Positions 57,179 to 64,000 of a DNA stretch of 64,000 bases are shown piece by piece. This DNA comes from an uncultured Verrucomicrobiae bacterium (GTDB lineage: Bacteria; Verrucomicrobiota; Verrucomicrobiia; Limisphaerales; UBA11358). A program made the translations under genes and the position numbers. Below the pieces are notes generated by a model. That model did no database searches, was not told where the DNA came from, and was given only the letters and a program-made list of their open reading frames with translations. The stretch is from the NCBI GenBank assembly GCA_963738245.1, contig CAVTWB010000015.1:49156-113155 (forward strand), given 5' to 3'. Each line of letters opens with the position of its first letter. The stretch's first letter is position 1.

Positions 57179-58654
57179 ATGTTAAAAACTAAAATTCATT
57201 TCTTGCACTCGCATTCTTTCTTCAAATGGCTGGGAAAATTTTCTTGTTTATCCGGTTTGTCCGCACTGACGATGTTGATTCCCCGTCTCGCTGCGGCGGA
57301 AATTCAAACGGTGGCTGTCACGGTGGCAGACGATGGCAACGGTGCCATTCTTCCGCCCCGCTTTTTGGGACTTAGTTACGAGATGTCAATGCTGCTGCCC
57401 AAGGATGGGCGATATTATTTTGATCCCAAAGACCAGGCGCTGGTCACTACCTTCAAGACCCTCGGCATCACGAGCCTGCGCGTCGGCGCAAACGCAGTGG
57501 ATGATCCACGCATACCGATTCCGCAGGAAGGGGACATTGATGTGCTTTTTAATTTTGCCCGGGCTGCCGGCGTAAAGGTGATTTATTCGTTCCGTTTGAA
57601 AAATGGCGATCCGGCTGAATCAGCGCGCCTCGCCAGCTACATTGCGAATCACGATGCGGACGCTCTCGATTGTTATTCGATTGGCAACGAGCCGAATTTC
57701 TATCTCAAAACCTATGAGGCATTCCTGGAGCAATGGAAACCCCATTATGACGCCATTTTGAAAGCCGTGCCCGGGGCGATGTTTGACGGGCCGAGCGCCA
57801 ACGGGAGTTATGCGCTCGACCTGGCCAGGGACTTGTCTGCCGGGGGGCATCTGGCGATGGCCAGTGATCACTATTATTTTCTGGGATCGGGCCGGGCGGG
57901 CGAAAAGGATCCAAGCGCCACCCGGAGCCGTTTCCTTTCCAACAATCTTCACGGCGAATACGAGCGGGACTATGCCCGCGTCGGCGCAGTGCTGGCCGGG
58001 CAAGGAGTGCCTTACCGGATTGATGAGATGAACAGTTGTTACAATGGAGGATCCAAGGATTCAAGCGACACCTATGCTTCAACCTTATGGGCGCTGGACT
58101 GCACCCATTGGTGGGCGGCACATCACATTTTGGGCGTGAATTATCACACCGGGGAATCTGTGGGACGCGATGGAACTTTCGGCCCTCCGAATTATGCCGC
58201 TTTTGTTCATCAGGCGGAAGGCGAGGGATTTAACATGCGGCCCCAAGCCTATGCACTTTTGGCTTTCAGCCAGGGCGCGCACGGTCGGCCACTCGGAGTG
58301 AAGATCCAGGCGGCGTCCACGTTTAACTTCGATGCCTACGCGTATCGGGACAAGGATGGTTCCATTGATGTAACCTTGATCAATAAGAGCTATGGCGACG
58401 CGGCGCAAACGGCGGACGTTTCGCTTCAATTGCCCCAAGGCGTTGTATTGGGGAAGTGGCAGCGGATGGATTTGCGGCAGCAAGATCAGGACATCGCCGC
58501 CAAAGCGGGCGTGATGCTGGGCGGCGTTTCCATCAACCCTCAAGGAGTCTGGGCGGGCCGATGGGAAAATGTCAAAAGCAGTCATCTGACCGACATCACC
58601 ATTCAGGTGGCACCCGCCTCCGCGACGATTTTGCGCTTTTCGGCCGCAAAGTGA
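57179..58654 (+). CDS. Secreted clan GH-A glycoside hydrolase (GH79 beta-glucuronidase-like)
   Basis: FLGLSYE, LRVGAN, IGNEPN (acid/base), RIDEMNSCYNGG..SDTYASTLWALD (nucleophile). Confidence 0.8.
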   Translation: MLKTKIHFLHSHSFFKWLGKFSCLSGLSALTMLIPRLAAAEIQTVAVTVADDGNGAILPPRFLGLSYEMSMLLPKDGRYYFDPKDQALVTTFKTLGITSLRVGANAVDDPRIPIPQEGDIDVLFNFARAAGVKVIYSFRLKNGDPAESARLASYIANHDADALDCYSIGNEPNFYLKTYEAFLEQWKPHYDAILKAVPGAMFDGPSANGSYALDLARDLSAGGHLAMASDHYYFLGSGRAGEKDPSATRSRFLSNNLHGEYERDYARVGAVLAGQGVPYRIDEMNSCYNGGSKDSSDTYASTLWALDCTHWWAAHHILGVNYHTGESVGRDGTFGPPNYAAFVHQAEGEGFNMRPQAYALLAFSQGAHGRPLGVKIQAASTFNFDAYAYRDKDGSIDVTLINKSYGDAAQTADVSLQLPQGVVLGKWQRMDLRQQDQDIAAKAGVMLGGVSINPQGVWAGRWENVKSSHLTDITIQVAPASATILRFSAAK

Positions 58655-58833
58655 TTTGATAAAAGCTCCCATTCAGTTTGTAGTTGAACGGTTTCAACGA
58701 CGCAGCAATCCGTGAAATTTACTTGGCGGCACTTTCATAGCTACGGCGTTTTCTGAATGAGATCGCCTGATATGTTATCAATCGGGAACGAGTTGCATCC
58801 AACCTGCCTTGCCCGGCGGTGCGGCCCCGAAAA

Positions 58834-59413
58834 TCACGGTTTCATCAGCTTCCGCAACTCAACCGCAGCACTGGCATATTCTCCATAATTTTCCTGCTTC
58901 GTCGCGATGCACTTCCCAAATAAATCAACGGCTCCCGGCTTGTCTCCGGCGAGCAGATGTTTCATTCCGGCGCAGTAAAAAGCTTCGCATTGCTGGCCAT
59001 CCACATCGGTTGAACGAACGGCTGTTTCCTTGGCCTGGGTCAGCAAATTGGTTTCCACCAGATCGCCAACAAGAAAACGGGCGATGCACAACTGCCATTC
59101 GTGCCCTTCCTCACCCTCACGCAGCTTGATATTTGCGGTCAGTTCCGCATTGGCCTCATTCCTTGATAGCCGTGGTATAGTTGCTGGATGTGAGCTGAAT
59201 GGCCCCTCGGAGAAGGTAAGCCTTAACAAAATTTGGGTTTTAAGCTACCGCACCGAATAATTCATCCAGCGCACCGGGGCGATCTCCAGCGTTAAATTTT
59301 TTCATCGCCTCATTGTAATGCAAATCTGCGAGTTTTTTGTGCACATCACAGGAGCAAAGCGCGACCAGGAAAAGGGGAATAATCCACGAGAACCATCTGA
59401 AGTTGGTCTTCAT
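58834..59413 (-). pseudogene. Interrupted TPR lipoprotein gene
   Basis: 5' part with lipobox (LCSC) and start of a TPR; 3' part QQCEAFYCAGMKHLLAGDKPGAVDLFGKC; middle missing. Confidence 0.6.
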
Positions 59414-59656
59414 ACTGCCGAAATATAGGTTCCGGACATCCTTCGCAATTGTAATGTGACGACTTCTCGGGACTTGATTCAGGAATCTCCCAGGCTGGAA
59501 ACTGGAACATGCTTGATTTTCACGGAAACAGAACCGCCAGCGGCGGCAGACGGCCATCGAACGGCCCGCCGATTTTCGCCGCTTGATTATTTACGGGTCA
59601 TGACGCACCTTTTTGCAAACCCGATTATTTGTTAGGCCATCAAATTTGTAATCCGC

Positions 59657-60013
59657 ATGACCAACGAAAACAGACAGCGCGAAATCCTCCGTCACATCCG
59701 CTTTTTGAGCCTGACCGGACTGGGACTGCTCGCCTTCGCCCTGCTGGCTCCGAATATCGGCGAGCGTCAGGGTTCGTTTTTCAGCGTTGCCATGCAATGC
59801 ACCTGGCGGGATCTTTGGGAATTGCCGGCGGCGTGGTGCAGCGTGAAAATCATCCTGTTGAGCACCGGCCTGTTTTTGCTCATCGAATCCACGGGAACCG
59901 TCCTGGCGATAAAGAAAATAAAATCGCTGGTGCTGCCGGTGTCTTTAATGCAGGCGGTCCCTTGTCTGGGGTTTTTCTTCGGCGGTTATTATTTGATCAA
60001 ATCGCTGTTGTGA
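59657..60013 (+). CDS. Hypothetical 3-TM membrane protein
   Basis: 118 aa, three hydrophobic segments. Confidence 0.6.
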   Translation: MTNENRQREILRHIRFLSLTGLGLLAFALLAPNIGERQGSFFSVAMQCTWRDLWELPAAWCSVKIILLSTGLFLLIESTGTVLAIKKIKSLVLPVSLMQAVPCLGFFFGGYYLIKSLL

Positions 60014-60160
60014 TGACAGTTTGTTGACAGTAATCCCACATTTAAGCAGGATCTCAGCCCGCTTTCCCCGTGTCATTCCTAACCACTTTTCTTTCAACGA
60101 AAAAACGGCATTGCAATTTTGTTTTAGATTCGCATAATGTCGTCTCCAAAAAATAAATCT

Positions 60161-60991
60161 ATGAAAGCCATTTTATTGACAGCAATCTTTTCCGCAGGTT
60201 TGGTCGCGCCGCTGCTGGCCGACGACACAAATGTTTTGAGCGACGAGAAGTCGAGGGCGAGTTATGCCATCGGCATGACGCTGGGCCACAACTGGCAGCA
60301 GCAGGGCATTGACGTGGATCTGGACCTGGTTTTGCGCGGGTTGAAGGACGAGCAGTCCGGCGGCGCGACGCTGCTTTCGCAACAGGAAATGCAGGCCACG
60401 TTGAAGGCCTTTCAACAAAGTCTCATGGCCAAGCAGATGGAAAAGCGCAAGGAACAGGCGGCCAAGAACAAGGCGGACGGCGAGGCTTTTCTGGCCGCGA
60501 ACAAAAATAATCCCGGCGTCATTGCGTTGCCGGACGGATTGCAATATCTGGTCATCACCAACGGCACCGGCGCGATGCCCGCGGCCAGCGACATAGTGAC
60601 GGTGAATTATCGCGGCACGCTGCTGGACGGCACGGAATTCGACAGCTCCTACAAGCGCGGCCAGCCGGCTTCGTTCCCGGTCGGCGGCGTCATTCCCGGC
60701 TGGACGGAGGCGTTGCAAAAAATGACGGTCGGCGCGAAATGGAAAATATTCATCCCGTCTGAACTGGCTTACAAAGAGCAGGGAACCCGCGGCATTGCGC
60801 CGAATTCGACGCTGATTTTTGAAGTGGAACTGCTCGACACGAAAGCCTCGGTGGCGCCGCCGGCCGCCCAGCCGCTTACCAGCGACATCATCAAGGTGCC
60901 GTCCGCCGAGGAAATGAAAAAGGGCGCGAAGATTGAGACGATCAAGGCGGAGGACGTGGCGAAAATGCAGACGAATTCGGCGGCCCAGTAA
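60161..60991 (+). CDS. FKBP-type peptidyl-prolyl isomerase (FkpA/Mip-like)
   Basis: Signal peptide, SYAIG, GLQY, VNYRGTLLDGTEFDSS, VIPGWTEAL, LIFEVEL. Confidence 0.95.
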   Translation: MKAILLTAIFSAGLVAPLLADDTNVLSDEKSRASYAIGMTLGHNWQQQGIDVDLDLVLRGLKDEQSGGATLLSQQEMQATLKAFQQSLMAKQMEKRKEQAAKNKADGEAFLAANKNNPGVIALPDGLQYLVITNGTGAMPAASDIVTVNYRGTLLDGTEFDSSYKRGQPASFPVGGVIPGWTEALQKMTVGAKWKIFIPSELAYKEQGTRGIAPNSTLIFEVELLDTKASVAPPAAQPLTSDIIKVPSAEEMKKGAKIETIKAEDVAKMQTNSAAQ

Positions 60992-61042
60992 CCGCAGCAT
61001 TTGAACGTCCGCACGGTTTCGGTGTCAATTTCACCGAAGCTT

Positions 61043-62551
61043 ATGAATATGCCTTCAAGAACATTCACCCGGATTGTGTCGGCAGGCACAGGTGCGTTGC
61101 TGGTGGTTGTGGCGTTTGGCCTGACGCTGTGGGCCAAGGATTCCGCGCCGGACATCAGCGTTTCCAGCACGCCCGTCAACCGCGACTCCAAGCTCGTCAC
61201 CAGTTTCGCGCCCGTCGTCAAAAAGGCCGCGCCGAGCGTGGTGACCATTTATTCCTCGCGCACCGTCCGCGTGCAGCCGATGTTCCGGCAGTTTTTCGGC
61301 TACCAGTTTCCGCAGGACGACCAGCCGCGCTCGCGCACTGAGCATGGGCTTGGTTCAGGCTCCATCGTTTCACCCGACGGTTACATTCTGACCGCCAATC
61401 ACGTCGTGAACGGCGCGGACGAAATCAAGGTCGCCATCGCCGACGACAATAAAAAAGAATACACCGCGAAAGTCATCGGCACTGATCCGCTGACCGACGT
61501 GGCTGTTTTGAAAATTGACGCGAAGGATCTGCCGGCAATCACCCTGGCCGACAGCGACCAGTTAGAGATTGGTGACACCGTCCTCGCCATCGGCAATCCT
61601 TTTGGCCTTGGCCAGACGGTGACGATGGGCATTGTGAGCGGACTGGGCCGGCATGGTTACGGCATCAACGGCGCGCATGGCTACGAAAATTTCATCCAGA
61701 CCGACGCGGCCATCAATCCCGGCAATTCCGGCGGCGCGCTCGTGGACGCCGAAGGGCGGCTGGTAGGCATCAACACATGGATTGCTACGGAAAGCGGCGG
61801 CAATGAAGGCATTGGTTTTGCCGTGCCGGCCAACATGGCGCGCCGTTCCATGGAACGCATCCTTAAAGGTGGCAAGGTGGTTCGCGGCTATCTCGGCGTT
61901 TTGCCGGAAGACATCACGCCCGGTTTGGCGCAGGATTTTAACCTGTCCACCCAGAACGGTGCGCTGGTCGGCGATGTGGTGGCCGGCACGCCCGCTGAAA
62001 AAGCTGGAATCAAACCGGGCGATGTAATCGTCGCGTTCAACGGCATGGATGTGTCCGATGCACACGGCTTGCAACTCGCGGTTTCCCAATGCGAGCCGGG
62101 CAGCCCGGCGACGGTAAAATTAATCCGCGACGGGGCTGAACAAAACATCAGCGTCACGCTCGCGACCTTGCCGGGCCTGGGCGGTGGCAATGACAGCCAG
62201 CAGAACAGTTCCGATGCCGACAATTCAACAGCCGACGCGCTTGACGGCGTGACTGTAACCGATCTGGACCGCGATGTGCGGCAGGAATTGAAGATTCCCG
62301 ACAGCGTGCAGGGCGCCATCGTCACGGACGTAGATCAGGACTCAAGCGCCGCCAATGACGGTTTGCAGAAGGGCGACGTCATAGTGGAAATTAACCGGCA
62401 CCCCGTGAGCGACGCGGACAGCGCTGTGAAACTTTGCAAGCAGGCCAAGGGCGTCCAGATTCTCGTCAAGGTCTGGCGGCGCAACGGCGACATGGCCGGC
62501 ACCCGTTTTTTGAGCGTGGACAACACGAAAAAAGAAGCGAAGCCGAAATAA
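61043..62551 (+). CDS. DegP/DegQ serine endoprotease
   Basis: LTANHVV, TDVAVLKI, IQTDAAINPGNSGGAL, two PDZ domains. Confidence 0.95.
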   Translation: MNMPSRTFTRIVSAGTGALLVVVAFGLTLWAKDSAPDISVSSTPVNRDSKLVTSFAPVVKKAAPSVVTIYSSRTVRVQPMFRQFFGYQFPQDDQPRSRTEHGLGSGSIVSPDGYILTANHVVNGADEIKVAIADDNKKEYTAKVIGTDPLTDVAVLKIDAKDLPAITLADSDQLEIGDTVLAIGNPFGLGQTVTMGIVSGLGRHGYGINGAHGYENFIQTDAAINPGNSGGALVDAEGRLVGINTWIATESGGNEGIGFAVPANMARRSMERILKGGKVVRGYLGVLPEDITPGLAQDFNLSTQNGALVGDVVAGTPAEKAGIKPGDVIVAFNGMDVSDAHGLQLAVSQCEPGSPATVKLIRDGAEQNISVTLATLPGLGGGNDSQQNSSDADNSTADALDGVTVTDLDRDVRQELKIPDSVQGAIVTDVDQDSSAANDGLQKGDVIVEINRHPVSDADSAVKLCKQAKGVQILVKVWRRNGDMAGTRFLSVDNTKKEAKPK

Positions 62552-62653
62552 TTTTGCCGGCAAACTTTGATTCACGAAGCGCGGAGCCTGGCTTCGCGCT
62601 TCTTGCTTTTGACAAACGCCGCGAGCAGGCACATTCTTCCACGTTTAATTTTT

Positions 62654-63601
62654 ATGCCGGTTCAATACAAAGATTACTACCAGAGTCTTGGCGTGCCACG
62701 CACCGCGAGCGCGGATGAAATAAAAAAATCCTTCCGCAAGCTCGCGCGCGAATATCATCCCGACGTCGCCAAGGACAAAAAGAAGGCCGAGGAAAAATTC
62801 AAGGAGATCAACGAGGCCTACGAAGTATTGTCCGACCCGGAGAAGCGGAAAAAGTATGACGAACTGGGCGCGGACTGGAAGTCCGGCGCGGAATTTCGTC
62901 CACCGCCCGGCTACGGCGGATTCGGCGGCGGGGGTCAGCCGTTTCGCGGCGGGCGCCCGATGAGCAGCGAGGATTTTGAAACACATTTCGGCGGCACCGG
63001 CTTCAGCGATTTCTTCGAGCAACTGTTCGGTTCACGGATGCGCGGTGGTGCGAACGGTTTTGGCCGGGGCGGAAATGTTTCGCAAGAGGATTTTGCCGAA
63101 CGGAGCCGCGACATTGAAGGCGACATCATGGTCACGCTGGAGGAGGCCAAGCGCGGCTCCGTCCGCACCGTCACCATCCGGCACGAGAACCGCACCGATT
63201 CGCACCAGGTCAAAATTCCGGCGGGCATCACCGAAGGCCAGAAGCTGCGCATCGCCGGGCGCGGCGAGGCCGGCGGCGATTTGTATCTGCGCGTCCGCCT
63301 CGCCAAGCATCCCGACTTCGAAGTGGATGGGCACAACCTTATTTACGAGCTTGAACTCGCGCCGTGGGAAGCCGTGCTTGGCGCGGAAATCGCCGTGCCC
63401 ACACTCGACGGACGCTTGAACATCAAGATTCCTGCCGGCACCGCCAGCGGCCAAAAACTGCGCGTGCGCGGTCGCGGCCTGGGCAAGACCGGCGATTTGC
63501 TTGTCACAACCAAGATTGTCGTGCCGGGTAAAATTTCCGACACGCAAAGAAAATTATGGGAGCAGCTTGCACGCGAATCGAAGTTCAATCCGCGTGACTA
63601 A
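62654..63601 (+). CDS. DnaJ-class (CbpA-like) co-chaperone lacking zinc finger
   Basis: KDYY, YHPD, G/F region, GFSDFF, PWEAVLG. Confidence 0.92.
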   Translation: MPVQYKDYYQSLGVPRTASADEIKKSFRKLAREYHPDVAKDKKKAEEKFKEINEAYEVLSDPEKRKKYDELGADWKSGAEFRPPPGYGGFGGGGQPFRGGRPMSSEDFETHFGGTGFSDFFEQLFGSRMRGGANGFGRGGNVSQEDFAERSRDIEGDIMVTLEEAKRGSVRTVTIRHENRTDSHQVKIPAGITEGQKLRIAGRGEAGGDLYLRVRLAKHPDFEVDGHNLIYELELAPWEAVLGAEIAVPTLDGRLNIKIPAGTASGQKLRVRGRGLGKTGDLLVTTKIVVPGKISDTQRKLWEQLARESKFNPRD

Positions 63602-63608
63602 AAATAGT

Positions 63609-63670
63609 CCCAGATCTCGCAGATTAACGTGGAAAAAATAAATCTGCGAAAATCTGTGTAATCTGCGGAC
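63609..63670. repeat. Inverted ~9-mer repeat hairpin
   Basis: CCCAGATCTCGCAGATT...AATCTGCGAAAATCTGTGTAATCTGCGG. Confidence 0.6.
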
Positions 63671-63676
63671 GAGGTT

Positions 63677-64000
63677 ATGCCAAAAACAATTTTAATCACC
63701 GGCGTTTCGCTCGGACTCGGACGCGCGATGGCGGAGGAATTCATCCGGCTCGGACACGTCGTCCTCGGCTGCGGACGCTCGGAAAAGGAAATCGCACAAT
63801 TGCAGAAACAATTTCCCGCGCCGAATGATTTCAGCATGGTGGACGTTTCCGACGACGAACTGGTCGCGGCCTGGTCAAAAAAAGTTTTGTCGTCGCACGC
63901 CGCGCCGGATTTGCTGCTCAACAACGCCGCGCTTATCAACCGCAACGCGCCGCTCTGGCAGGTGACCGCGCAGGAATTTTCCGACGTGATTGACGTGAAC
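63677..64000 (+). CDS. SDR family oxidoreductase (3' truncated by window)
   Basis: MPKTILITGVSLGLGRAMA...DLLLNNAA. Confidence 0.85.
   Translation, partial: MPKTILITGVSLGLGRAMAEEFIRLGHVVLGCGRSEKEIAQLQKQFPAPNDFSMVDVSDDELVAAWSKKVLSSHAAPDLLLNNAALINRNAPLWQVTAQEFSDVIDVN

Overview
GC-rich bacterial chromosome segment, most consistent with a Pedosphaera-like Verrucomicrobium (inferred from the PEP-CTERM protein, RRM RNA-binding protein, fused SecDF and gene content). Housekeeping blocks (recN, lnt, galK, lepA-lepB, yajC-secDF-terC-recJ, infA-ispD-ctpA-tsaD, hrpB, trmB, tRNA-Pro, FKBP-degP-dnaJ) alternate with four accessory stretches (~10.2-16.8, 25.5-28.8, 39.4-46.5 and 56.9-60.1 kb). The most striking unexplained pattern is a module that occurs three times with unrelated sequences. 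Each copy is a ~12-unit degenerate tandem array with a period of whole DNA helical turns (21, 41-42 and 21 bp), lying directly upstream of a non-secreted helical protein; two of the three proteins end in an FN3-like domain. Also present are REP-like palindromes and heptamer repeats inserted in-frame in recN, lnt, hrpB and recJ, an internally deleted IS66, a HAD-Lnt fusion and a GHMP-kinase/UDP-sugar pyrophosphorylase fusion. Many genes carry single-base frameshifts that are probably assembly errors.
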